In this document: positions 9,143 through 17,687 of the stretch, in pieces
How the letters are laid out: the number at the start of each line of letters is the position of its first letter
Position numbering within the stretch: the stretch's first letter is position 1
DNA from: Candidatus Saccharimonadota bacterium
GTDB taxonomy: Bacteria > Patescibacteriota > Saccharimonadia > Saccharimonadales > Saccharimonadaceae
Direction: 5' to 3'
NCBI GenBank assembly: GCA_010014665.1
Contig: RZYF01000001.1
Location: 1 to 51,492, forward strand
DNA length: 51,492 nt
The notes under the pieces: model-generated
The model's database searches: none
Told to the model about the DNA's origin: nothing
What the model saw: only the letters and a program-made list of their open reading frames with translations
Made by a program: the position numbers and the translations under genes

Positions 9143-10207
9143 ATGACAGAAAAGAAGACAGATGGCAGTGAAGTGATGAAGAATATGCTTGAAACAATTA
9201 TTCCGCCAAAAATTGAAAAGCCAGATAAAGAACCAAAGAAAGAAGATGCGAAGATCGAGGTTGATGATGATCTTCTAGACTCTGCTGGTGTGGAATCAAC
9301 GGTTCAAAGCGACACAGATGAGTCTATTGGTTCTGGAGAAAAGGATTGGACAGAAGATGTTACTCATAAAAGCGAAGGTGCTAGACAGAACTTCGACAAG
9401 ATTGTAAGAGAGCGTGACGAAGCTAGAGCCGAAATTGCGCGTATGAAGTCTGAATTGGAAAAAGCTGGTGGTTCTGAGTGGAAAGAAAAGTATGAACAGG
9501 CTCAGAAGATTGTCGAAGAAGTTGAGTTTACTAAAAGCGACTACTTCAAAAAGAACCATGTTGATCCATTGGTCAAAGCTGGAAATGAAATAGAGACAAT
9601 CGGCAAAGAATATGGACTCAAACAGGATGTGCTAGTAAAATTGGCAACTGCAACACCAGAAGGTCGCTTGGCTATTCTTGACCATGATATTGAAAGTTCA
9701 ACGCTTCGTAGCATCTTGGCGAACAAGTTTGTTGAAGTTGACTCGTTGCGGAGAAGTGCAAAGCATGCAATCGATGATCATGAAGCTCGCGTTAAGGCGA
9801 AGATCGTAGACACAAACACGCAAATACATGCAGATAAAGACCTAGTAAAAACTGCAATAGATACATACTTCGAGAAGAACTCAGACAATCTACTGTTCGA
9901 TGCCAACACAAAGAATAAAGATTGGAACAAGATGAGTGCTAGTCGCAAAGAGTCGGTAATCAAGATGGCTGAAAAGCTTGATCCAGAAACGATTGCTAAT
10001 GGAATTGTAGCATATGCTCAGATTGAAACGTTGCAGAAGATGTTTGAAAACGAACGAAAGAAGCGTAAACTGTTGGAAGATCAGTTATCCAAGTTGCGTG
10101 GTGGTGAACCCAGAGTTTCTTCAAGCAAATCAAGATCGTCTGGTGGAGCAAAGAAAGATATTGATTTCCGAAATGGAAAATCAGTAATGAATATATTCAA
10201 ATCTTAA
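9143..10207 (+). CDS. scaffolding-like protein (354 aa; acidic, helical)
   Basis: Charged coiled-coil composition. Located between the portal and capsid candidates. Confidence 0.5.
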   Translation: MTEKKTDGSEVMKNMLETIIPPKIEKPDKEPKKEDAKIEVDDDLLDSAGVESTVQSDTDESIGSGEKDWTEDVTHKSEGARQNFDKIVRERDEARAEIARMKSELEKAGGSEWKEKYEQAQKIVEEVEFTKSDYFKKNHVDPLVKAGNEIETIGKEYGLKQDVLVKLATATPEGRLAILDHDIESSTLRSILANKFVEVDSLRRSAKHAIDDHEARVKAKIVDTNTQIHADKDLVKTAIDTYFEKNSDNLLFDANTKNKDWNKMSASRKESVIKMAEKLDPETIANGIVAYAQIETLQKMFENERKKRKLLEDQLSKLRGGEPRVSSSKSRSSGGAKKDIDFRNGKSVMNIFKS

Positions 10208-10218
10208 TCAAATTCTTT

Positions 10219-10249
10219 GAGACAGGCGTAAAAACCTGTCTTTTTTTTA
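10219..10249 (+). terminator. rho-independent terminator
   Basis: Stem GAGACAGG/CCTGTCTT around the loop cgtaaaaa, followed by a T9 run. Confidence 0.75.
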
Positions 10250-10268
10250 TTTTTTATTAACTTTGTGC

Positions 10269-10298
10269 TTGACAAGATTGTAAATATAGATTTATTAA
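10269..10298 (+). promoter_or_regulatory. sigma70-like promoter candidate upstream of the capsid gene
   Basis: TTGACA (10269-10274), 18 nt, TATTAA (10293-10298). Shares the TTGACAA context with the 3779 and 3084 candidates. Confidence 0.4.
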
Positions 10299-10422
10299 TA
10301 CATATAGATGTAAAGCAGTTTCATCTCCTGTACCTCTCGATGTAATGGATTCATCCCCGATGTTGTGACACTATACGTGTCTGTCTTATTTTATAAATAG
10401 ATAAAGGTAAAAGGAGTCTAAA

Positions 10423-11994
10423 ATGACTGTTATTCCTACCCAGCAACCTCTCGGAGTAGAGGATTATTGGAACAATATGTGGATGGCTGAAGAGCACATG
10501 CAACAGGCTATCCGTCACTATGAAAATCTTCATCCTCACGTGTGGCACAAGATGATGAAGAAAGAATCTTACGAATTTTATAATGGCTATGAACAGTCTG
10601 TTCTGACGTGGTTCGATGATCCTGGAACACAGATTGGTCTTGATAAATGGTCGGATGTACAAGCATCTCGTAATGCAGAAGATGGCGATCTTGGTTATGA
10701 TAACTGTGCTATTGATGCAGAAGTATTCAACAACGGAATTAAAGAAATTGCATATACTGGTATCAAAAAAGCTCGTCGCTCGCATACGCTGTGTCGTCGC
10801 GATTTGATGCATCAAGATAAGGGGCCTCAGCAGTTCAAGTTGATGTTCCAGAATATGGCTAATATCTCCATGCGTGAATGGGATACGCTCGGTCGTGAAT
10901 ACTACATGAGTCTGTGTTCCAAAGCTGGTCGTGCATACGTTCTTTGTGGTGGCAATCCTACCGCTGTTACGTTTACTTACGATCCTCGCACGCCTGATTC
11001 CGATGGTGACATTATTGCAGTTGCCAATATTGGCAGTGCTGATAATGAAGTATCCACGTTGAACTTCAATGCAATGCAGAAATATCGTCGCATGATCGAA
11101 AAAGATTGTCCGATGGCGGCTCTTGCATACTCTGATGGTAAAGCAATCATTGGTGCTGTATTCGATACGGAAGATTATTGGGAAGCTGTTAACAACGACG
11201 AAGCAATGGTTCAGCGTTATGAGTTCCTTGGTGATCGCAAAGTATTGATTGACCAGTGGGGTATGAGTACGGAGGTACGTGGTTACGCATTCATGCATGA
11301 CCGTGAACCTGCTCGTTTTGCTATCAAAAAATACGCAACGAACTCTACGACATTCAAACGTATCGCTCCTTACACCTTCACCGACGAAACCACGATTGGT
11401 TTTGAGCGCAAGTTGTCCGAGGATTACATCGATGCCGAATACGCAATTCTAGTTGGTTTGATCAACGAAGTTGTTACGTATGAAGTACCGACGAATCTTC
11501 CTACAAATCCCGGTGGTGGACTTGAGTTTGGTAATGCAAGCTTGGATGGAACGTTTAGCTGGATCAATAACAAAGATAACATTAACAACCCCAAGGGTGA
11601 TAAAGGTTATTTCCTTGCTGAGTTCGAAGCTTATACTCGTCCTGAGCTGTACTACAACAAACCTTTCATGGTTATGTACAAACGTTGCTTACAGAATCCG
11701 ATTACTTCATGTGATCTTGGCACAACTGCTGTATCAAGTGCTGAAATCGGTTTGGCATCTGATGCTGTAACTGCTGATGTTGATGCAACAAACTACACCA
11801 TTACTCTTACTCTGACTGATAAGTTGGCGAAAGATACTGGTAATGTAACGATCTCTGATGATGATGCCGCAACTGATGTTGGTATTATCGCAGATGCATC
11901 AAATGCACCTACCTACACGTTTGCTTTGGCAACTGCACCTTCTGCATTTGGCAAGTATACTGCGGCTGGCGCGGCGTTTGTAAAACTTAGCTAA
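10423..11994 (+). CDS. major capsid protein candidate (523 aa)
   Basis: Own promoter candidate, strong SD (AAAGGAG), a stem-loop immediately downstream, and position after the scaffold. No motif confirmation. Confidence 0.6.
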   Translation: MTVIPTQQPLGVEDYWNNMWMAEEHMQQAIRHYENLHPHVWHKMMKKESYEFYNGYEQSVLTWFDDPGTQIGLDKWSDVQASRNAEDGDLGYDNCAIDAEVFNNGIKEIAYTGIKKARRSHTLCRRDLMHQDKGPQQFKLMFQNMANISMREWDTLGREYYMSLCSKAGRAYVLCGGNPTAVTFTYDPRTPDSDGDIIAVANIGSADNEVSTLNFNAMQKYRRMIEKDCPMAALAYSDGKAIIGAVFDTEDYWEAVNNDEAMVQRYEFLGDRKVLIDQWGMSTEVRGYAFMHDREPARFAIKKYATNSTTFKRIAPYTFTDETTIGFERKLSEDYIDAEYAILVGLINEVVTYEVPTNLPTNPGGGLEFGNASLDGTFSWINNKDNINNPKGDKGYFLAEFEAYTRPELYYNKPFMVMYKRCLQNPITSCDLGTTAVSSAEIGLASDAVTADVDATNYTITLTLTDKLAKDTGNVTISDDDAATDVGIIADASNAPTYTFALATAPSAFGKYTAAGAAFVKLS

Positions 11995-12000
11995 CTTAAT

Positions 12001-12023
12001 GGGGGTAGCAATACCCCCTTCTT
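12001..12023 (+). terminator. stem-loop or leaky terminator after the capsid gene
   Basis: GGGGGTA gcaa TACCCCC followed by ttctt. Confidence 0.5.
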
Positions 12024-12043
12024 AACAATAAGAGGTAAATATT

Positions 12044-12529
12044 ATGGCTACTATGGCTGAACATATGTCGAGTATTGTTGCTAACGCGAATCGTGTAACG
12101 GACTTTACTCTTGTTGAAAGTGATAAAAACAAATACGGCAATCAGAATGCGCGGGAATGCTTCTTTCAGTGTGCATATGATTTCGCAGATGATGGCGGTG
12201 CAGTTGGAACTGTTGATCTTGGATTGACCATTCCTGCTGGAACGATCATTACTGGTGGTGTTATCGATGTTATCACTGCTGGAACGACTAGTGCTAGCGG
12301 GACAATCGAAGTTGGATATACTGGAGCAACTGCGGCTATTATGGCTCAAACAGCGGCGGCTTCTGTCACTGGTCTACTTGATACAGTTCCTACGGCAAAA
12401 ACTGGTGCTTCTACGTTCATCAAGTTCACAGCCGATACCAAAATCTTTGCTACGATTGCTACCGGAGCACTCACTGCTGGTGCATTCTGCATCTATCTGA
12501 CTGGTATTCAGGGCAACGTTGAATCTTAA
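12044..12529 (+). CDS. virion structural protein (161 aa; possibly head decoration)
   Basis: Position. Gly/Thr/Ala-rich, beta-type composition. Confidence 0.5.
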   Translation: MATMAEHMSSIVANANRVTDFTLVESDKNKYGNQNARECFFQCAYDFADDGGAVGTVDLGLTIPAGTIITGGVIDVITAGTTSASGTIEVGYTGATAAIMAQTAAASVTGLLDTVPTAKTGASTFIKFTADTKIFATIATGALTAGAFCIYLTGIQGNVES

Positions 12530-12541
12530 CAGAGGTTAATT

Positions 12542-12907
12542 ATGAAAAAGCTGATTGCATGTGCAGTTCTTATTGCTAGTGCATCAGCTTCTTTTGCGGT
12601 TATCGATTACGAGGCTAGAAGCACAATCGAAGATATTCGCAATGGAGCTGAAACACAGAATGCCATTACTACTCTGTACGTTTCTGGAAACGGAAGTATT
12701 GATGGTGCATTAACAGTTGATGGTGGTATTACTTCTGGTACTACTGCTATCCTGCCAGTAGTTGTAGATACTAAAAGCACAACAACCACTACCAATTACA
12801 CGCCTGCTGGCGTTGGTCAGTTGCTTGTCGGGAAGACTGGCGGAACAAATGAAGCATGGATTGCTTGTGGTACTACAGTCAATGATTGGGTTCTGATTAC
12901 CGATTAA
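12542..12907 (+). CDS. small fibre-like protein with a signal-peptide-like N-terminus (121 aa)
   Basis: MKKLIACAVLIASASASFA followed by VIDY. SD AGAGG. Confidence 0.55.
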   Translation: MKKLIACAVLIASASASFAVIDYEARSTIEDIRNGAETQNAITTLYVSGNGSIDGALTVDGGITSGTTAILPVVVDTKSTTTTTNYTPAGVGQLLVGKTGGTNEAWIACGTTVNDWVLITD

Positions 12908-12917
12908 TTATACTCGC

Positions 12918-12966
12918 GATGGGTGCAGGTTTTTGTTTGGTTCTTTCTTTTTGTCCTGCATCCATC
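12918..12966 (+). other. 12-bp stem hairpin with a 25-nt U-rich loop in an intergenic spacer
   Basis: gatgggtgcagg (12918-12929) pairs with cctgcatccatc (12955-12966), including one G-U pair. Confidence 0.5.
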
Positions 12967-12985
12967 GCTCCATGTTGGAGAAGTT

Positions 12986-13321
12986 ATGAAAAAGTCGCTA
13001 CTTATTTTATTCGCATTAATAACATCGAATGTTTTCGCATATACATTGGTACTTGGTGGTGCTGAAAATGCGGCTGTAACACATTCTCCAACCAAGATTG
13101 ATTTTGGTGGAACGGCAAAAACGATATACGTGTACAATTCTGGAACGAGTACGGTGTTCTGTGCATTCGGATCATCGTTTGCTGAAGGTGAAGAGGGAAA
13201 TTATCCTCCAATCAAAGCTGGATCAAGCATTACTTTGAATGATGCACAGTTAGCACAAATGACTTTTGCAACTGCTACTGGACAAACTACAACTATTGAT
13301 TATGGATTTGTTGGAGATTAA
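12986..13321 (+). CDS. small protein with a signal-peptide-like N-terminus (111 aa; ORF 12923.. trimmed)
   Basis: ATG at 12986 with a GGAGAAG SD. N-terminus MKKSLLILFALITSNVFA followed by YT. Confidence 0.55.
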   Translation: MKKSLLILFALITSNVFAYTLVLGGAENAAVTHSPTKIDFGGTAKTIYVYNSGTSTVFCAFGSSFAEGEEGNYPPIKAGSSITLNDAQLAQMTFATATGQTTTIDYGFVGD

Positions 13322-13322
13322 T

Positions 13323-13940
13323 ATGACAAGATATATCATTTGTTTAGTGGCAATGTGTGGAATTGCAAATGCTCAATTCTTTCCACCTGCTGGTGTAAGT
13401 ACTGCATCCGATGCACGTTATTTCCAGAAGACTGGTGGTACGATTAGTGGTGATACTGAGATTGATGGGAAGTTAATTGTTTCAGATTATGTGCAAGATA
13501 AACCATGTCGTGCTTATGCATATCTTACAGCACCATCAAATACAACGATTACAACGGCTGATAACTGGTATCCGGTTGAAGGTGTATTCTCAAACGTAGT
13601 CTTAGATGGATTCGCTACAACTACTGTAGGTGGTAAACCGGCCATTGTTTACACAAACGGATACGAAGGACGTTTCATTATTCGCATTCAGGCTGGTGTA
13701 CGCGCTCCTGCATCTACAACTGTAGGACTTACCCTCAAGATCAATGATACAGTTCAATCAGAATCTGGAGTACCATCCTACGTATTCTGTCGATTCGACG
13801 ACCAAGCGTATCAAGTTTCAAACTTTGGTATTCCTGTAATTACAAATGGCACTACCATACAGCTTATGGTTTCCGCTGATGATGATGATACCGTATTAAC
13901 ATTCGATCAGTTCAAGGTTAAAACGGAACGCTGGAGATGA
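13323..13940 (+). CDS. tail-fibre-like protein with a signal-peptide-like N-terminus (205 aa)
   Basis: MTRYIICLVAMCGIANA followed by QF, then SDARYFQKTGGTISGDTEIDGKL, a motif common at fibre N-termini. Confidence 0.6.
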   Translation: MTRYIICLVAMCGIANAQFFPPAGVSTASDARYFQKTGGTISGDTEIDGKLIVSDYVQDKPCRAYAYLTAPSNTTITTADNWYPVEGVFSNVVLDGFATTTVGGKPAIVYTNGYEGRFIIRIQAGVRAPASTTVGLTLKINDTVQSESGVPSYVFCRFDDQAYQVSNFGIPVITNGTTIQLMVSADDDDTVLTFDQFKVKTERWR

Positions 13941-14479
13941 AGCACTTAACTATCGTTCTACTGAACATTCTGCTATTTGCAACTAATGCAATGGCATACA
14001 TTGATCCTCGCATGATTGCAACGTGGGAACGATGGTTTGCATCTCTTAATGGAAGTAATACAATTTCAACGACAATGATTCAGCCATCAAGTGTAACTCC
14101 ATCAAAACTTGATCGTGTTTATCTAACAGAGGAAGCAGAGTTCACATCTTGGTTGGATACAAACACTTATGTTCAAGTTGAAACCGATCCAGTATGGGCT
14201 GGTGATAAGCCAGACTATTACACATCATCAGAAGTTGATAGTATTATCTTGACACAAACGAATGATGTCTATACAAAAACACAAATAGATGACAACTTCT
14301 ATACAAAGACTGATGTAAACAGCAATTTCTATACAAAAGTGGAGTCAGACAGCATGTTTTTAACAACTAATCTTGGTGTTACAACAGTCGTGACAAATCT
14401 ACTTTCCTTAACACAAACAAACCTAATGTATTTCTCGCAAGGGCTACTTGTGAGCAACGTAGTAGAGGGAACACCATGA
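13937..14479 (+). CDS. tail-fibre-like protein with a signal-peptide-like N-terminus and a YTK repeat (180 aa)
   Basis: MKHLTIVLLNILLFATNAMA followed by YI. Repeats VYTKTQIDDNFYTKTDVNSNFYTKVESDSMF. Confidence 0.6.
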   Translation: MKHLTIVLLNILLFATNAMAYIDPRMIATWERWFASLNGSNTISTTMIQPSSVTPSKLDRVYLTEEAEFTSWLDTNTYVQVETDPVWAGDKPDYYTSSEVDSIILTQTNDVYTKTQIDDNFYTKTDVNSNFYTKVESDSMFLTTNLGVTTVVTNLLSLTQTNLMYFSQGLLVSNVVEGTP

Positions 14480-15102
14480 GTTCATATAATACCTGTTGTC
14501 CACAACCTGTGGCAGTCACAATTACAAACTATACAAGTTCATCGTTTCCTGTTGGATATTTGTATGAGATAGGAGTTGTTGATCCTCTTCCTACTGGAGC
14601 ATTGCTTTGTGACGGAAGTGCAGTATCTCGAACAGTGTTTGCTGAACTGTTTGTAGCTATAGGCGTAACATACGGACAGGGTGATGGTGCTACAACATTC
14701 AATTTGCCTACGCTTGATTCTACAAATTCAAGTCTTAGATATGTAATACAAGCGGTGAATCAAACATCTGCTCTGACAGCAACTATACGCATTGCTGACT
14801 TAACCGTAGTAAATAGTGGAACAACATCTACTGTGACCATACAGGTACAGGATAGCAATGGAGACAACCTTACTGGTAACTATGCAATTCATTACTGGTT
14901 TGTTGACTCAGCAACTGCATTAGATGTTAAGTCTGCAATACCTCCAGAATTGCCGGGAGTTAACGAGTCTACGGTAGCTACTAATTCGTCTGGATTGTAC
15001 ACGCTAAGCATTGAGCAGACGGGTGATGAAGCAACTTGGTACTTAGTGGTATCAATGAATGATCAGTTGTTTGTATCTTCGGCAATTACAGCAGGAGTAT
15101 AA
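14476..15102 (+). CDS. phage tail-collar-domain fibre protein (208 aa)
   Basis: LPTGALLCDGSAVSRTVFAELFVAIGVTYGQGDGATTFNLPTLD matches the tail-collar consensus (P.GW..CdG..l....Y..Lf..iG..yG.gdg.ttFnLPdl). Confidence 0.7.
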   Translation: MSSYNTCCPQPVAVTITNYTSSSFPVGYLYEIGVVDPLPTGALLCDGSAVSRTVFAELFVAIGVTYGQGDGATTFNLPTLDSTNSSLRYVIQAVNQTSALTATIRIADLTVVNSGTTSTVTIQVQDSNGDNLTGNYAIHYWFVDSATALDVKSAIPPELPGVNESTVATNSSGLYTLSIEQTGDEATWYLVVSMNDQLFVSSAITAGV

Positions 15103-15103
15103 C

Positions 15104-15523
15104 ATGTTATATCGTCTAATAGCTCTGGTTACACTTGTAAGCACGTTAGGATATGCTGACGTGGCTATGGTGAAGTCAGATGAGATCTACGCACGTAGTT
15201 ATGGTGCTAGGACGCTGGCAACGCTTAACAAGGCTCTGGATGCCATTGGCAGTGCTGAGAAAACATTGGTTGTAGATGGTGGTGTTTGGAGTATCACGGA
15301 TGATGTTACTATTCCAGAGAATGTTACTTTGGATGTACGTAAAGGATCAACGAAATCTCTCGATTTTTCTCCTGCATGTTATCAGCCAGAACCATCAAAG
15401 GTAAATGCAGGTATAACAACTATTACGCCAAAGTACTTTGGAGAGCAGATATATAATGAATATGACGGTATTTGGTATAAATCACATGGTATATACACAA
15501 ATGACTGGGACGCACTAAACTAG
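15104..15523 (+). CDS. short paralogue of the tailspike N-terminal module (139 aa)
   Basis: Residues about 20-90 parallel those of gene 15534..17624 (ATLNKALDAIGSAEKTLVVDGGVWSITDDVTIPENVTLDVRKGS vs ATLEKALTAIGSAEKTLVVDGGEWEITDDVTVPENITLDVRRGS). Signal-peptide-like start. Confidence 0.6.
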   Translation: MLYRLIALVTLVSTLGYADVAMVKSDEIYARSYGARTLATLNKALDAIGSAEKTLVVDGGVWSITDDVTIPENVTLDVRKGSTKSLDFSPACYQPEPSKVNAGITTITPKYFGEQIYNEYDGIWYKSHGIYTNDWDALN

Positions 15524-15533
15524 GGAACTTAAT

Positions 15534-17624
15534 ATGAAATATATACATACAATCTCAGCCACTCTTGCCATTTTCTTCTTAGCATCCTTGCAAAGTTTTG
15601 CCATTGGCAATATCAAATCAGACGAAGTGTTTGCACGTAGCTTTGGTTCTCCTTCACAGGCTACGCTTGAGAAGGCTTTGACTGCAATTGGAAGTGCAGA
15701 GAAGACGTTGGTAGTGGATGGTGGAGAATGGGAGATTACGGATGATGTGACAGTGCCTGAGAATATTACACTTGATGTTAGGCGTGGAAGTATGCTTGAT
15801 ATTGACGATGATATTACAGTTACAATTAATGGAGAAATAGATGCTGGAAGATGGCAGATATTCGATGGAAACATTGGATATAGTAACTATGATTCAAGCG
15901 GAGTATCTGTAACAAATGTGCTTATGTATTTATTTGATGTGCACCAGAATTCGAATATATCATATCCAGAATGGTTTGGTGCAACAACGACAGAGTATTC
16001 AGAATGGGGAGACGCAAGTACTTCTGTAGCCGAAATTACAACTGCGGCCATTAATTCTGCTATAGCATCAGCTAGGATAATAAAGCTATCCTCGTCGTCA
16101 TACGGAATAATCGAGCCTATAAGAGTAGGCACAAAGAAAACGATTATTGGAGAAAGGGCTGCATCAGCTGATGGAGTTTCGTCAATCTTTGCTGTAGATG
16201 GTTATAATTCTATAGATGCCCTTATTACACAGGCAGCGTGTGAACAATACGAAAACTTATATATAAAAGATTTAATGATCTATCCACGAGGACTTTCATC
16301 TGGAATAACGTGCACTTCTGTGCAAGAATGCGGTGGAGTTAGTGGAGTATCAGTAATTGGAGCAATACGCTATGGAATAGGGATTATTGGTGGTGTATAT
16401 TGTGGTAATTATTCTATAGAAGAATGCAATGTTCTTGGTGCTTCGTCAATACCAAATCTTCTATCTCATACTGCTGTAGTTCCAGTTGATAACTTTGTTG
16501 GGATTGTTGATTCTGGGGGCTCAGATATTGTTGAAAGAAACACAATAAATCTAACATGCACAAACATGTACTCCGGTGGGATTTACTCAATTGAAGATAT
16601 AGCTGATTCAATTCCAGATAGATTAGAATTACCAACTAAAGGAATAGTCGGAGTTCTTTTTAGTGGTGGGTCTCATTCAGTTGATACCGTGCATACTGAA
16701 GGATGTGACATTGGTGTTTTTGATGCGTCGATTGGATGTATAGTGAGTCACTATAGTGGACATGATCGGTCGCAAAGCCACGCAACGCAGTTTCCTACTT
16801 GTGATATTCTTATAAGTACGAATAAATATATAGGGACAGCAAGTGAGTCTACAGTCCTATTGCAAGTTCAGGGATCAAGCTGGTTGTCTCCAATACCATC
16901 CTACACAAACATAACTATCTGGAATCAATTTACAGATACAAAATTGCTGTCTACTTATGTATATGGAAGAGAAGATACTATCCCTTATTATGTATACAAG
17001 CGCGATGGTGGTGGTGCTGACTTTTCTGAATTTTCATTTGATAACAGAGTGCCTAACTCGCTACCAACAATGGTATTTCGTGGAGATGTAACTGCTGATA
17101 ATTTGTACAGTCCGTCACTAGGGTCTGATAATGGATACATGGCAAATGCCGCTCCAACACTTTATAATCTAGATTACAATGTTAATCGTATAGCACTAAA
17201 GGTTACAGTAAAGCCAAAAGCTGAATTCTGTTATGGATTACTTTACGCTGCTGATATTTACTGTGCAGGAAGAGTTGAAGGAACTAATACTTTTTCAACA
17301 TTTGGAAAAATATCTATTGTGGACGGGAAAAGTGTATCAGGTGTGTCGAATAGGAGATACGTGCACTTTGATCCTGAAAATCAATCATCTGGAATTACAA
17401 ATCAGTGGTTATACTATGTAGAGGATTCCTCTTATTCCAACAATGTATTCTACATGTGTCCAGCAAGTCCAAACGGTATTACTCCAAGTTTGTTCTATGG
17501 TAAGACAGGATTGCGAATACACGAACTCTTTAATGAAATAGAAATAGCTGATTGTAGCATTGAATTGATAACTGATTATACTGGAATTACGTGGACAAAT
17601 AAACTGCCTTTCCCATTGCAGTAA
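15534..17624 (+). CDS. tailspike / beta-helix-like receptor-binding protein (696 aa)
   Basis: Size, position, signal-peptide-like N-terminus, repetitive G/S/I/V-rich body. The depolymerase fold is inferred, not shown. Confidence 0.55.
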   Translation: MKYIHTISATLAIFFLASLQSFAIGNIKSDEVFARSFGSPSQATLEKALTAIGSAEKTLVVDGGEWEITDDVTVPENITLDVRRGSMLDIDDDITVTINGEIDAGRWQIFDGNIGYSNYDSSGVSVTNVLMYLFDVHQNSNISYPEWFGATTTEYSEWGDASTSVAEITTAAINSAIASARIIKLSSSSYGIIEPIRVGTKKTIIGERAASADGVSSIFAVDGYNSIDALITQAACEQYENLYIKDLMIYPRGLSSGITCTSVQECGGVSGVSVIGAIRYGIGIIGGVYCGNYSIEECNVLGASSIPNLLSHTAVVPVDNFVGIVDSGGSDIVERNTINLTCTNMYSGGIYSIEDIADSIPDRLELPTKGIVGVLFSGGSHSVDTVHTEGCDIGVFDASIGCIVSHYSGHDRSQSHATQFPTCDILISTNKYIGTASESTVLLQVQGSSWLSPIPSYTNITIWNQFTDTKLLSTYVYGREDTIPYYVYKRDGGGADFSEFSFDNRVPNSLPTMVFRGDVTADNLYSPSLGSDNGYMANAAPTLYNLDYNVNRIALKVTVKPKAEFCYGLLYAADIYCAGRVEGTNTFSTFGKISIVDGKSVSGVSNRRYVHFDPENQSSGITNQWLYYVEDSSYSNNVFYMCPASPNGITPSLFYGKTGLRIHELFNEIEIADCSIELITDYTGITWTNKLPFPLQ

Positions 17625-17687
17625 TTTGTTATATCTGAAATTAATGTAATGCAATATATTATTAAATACAATCTCTAAGGAATACTT

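Noticed and set aside
10351-11298. 315-aa ORF on the minus strand, the longest antisense ORF in the track
   Set aside because: It lies entirely antisense to the well-supported capsid gene, which has a promoter, a strong SD and a downstream stem-loop. Its sequence is low-complexity (I/F/R/T-rich) with no SD. It is a shadow ORF. The same applies to the many 60-160-aa ORFs antisense to terL, the portal, the giant protein and others.
12044-13321. Three consecutive plus-strand ORFs share one reading frame, suggesting possible stop-codon readthrough
   Set aside because: Each downstream gene has its own SD plus ATG and starts with a signal-like N-terminus. The spacers contain no coding-like signal, and one of them is a hairpin.
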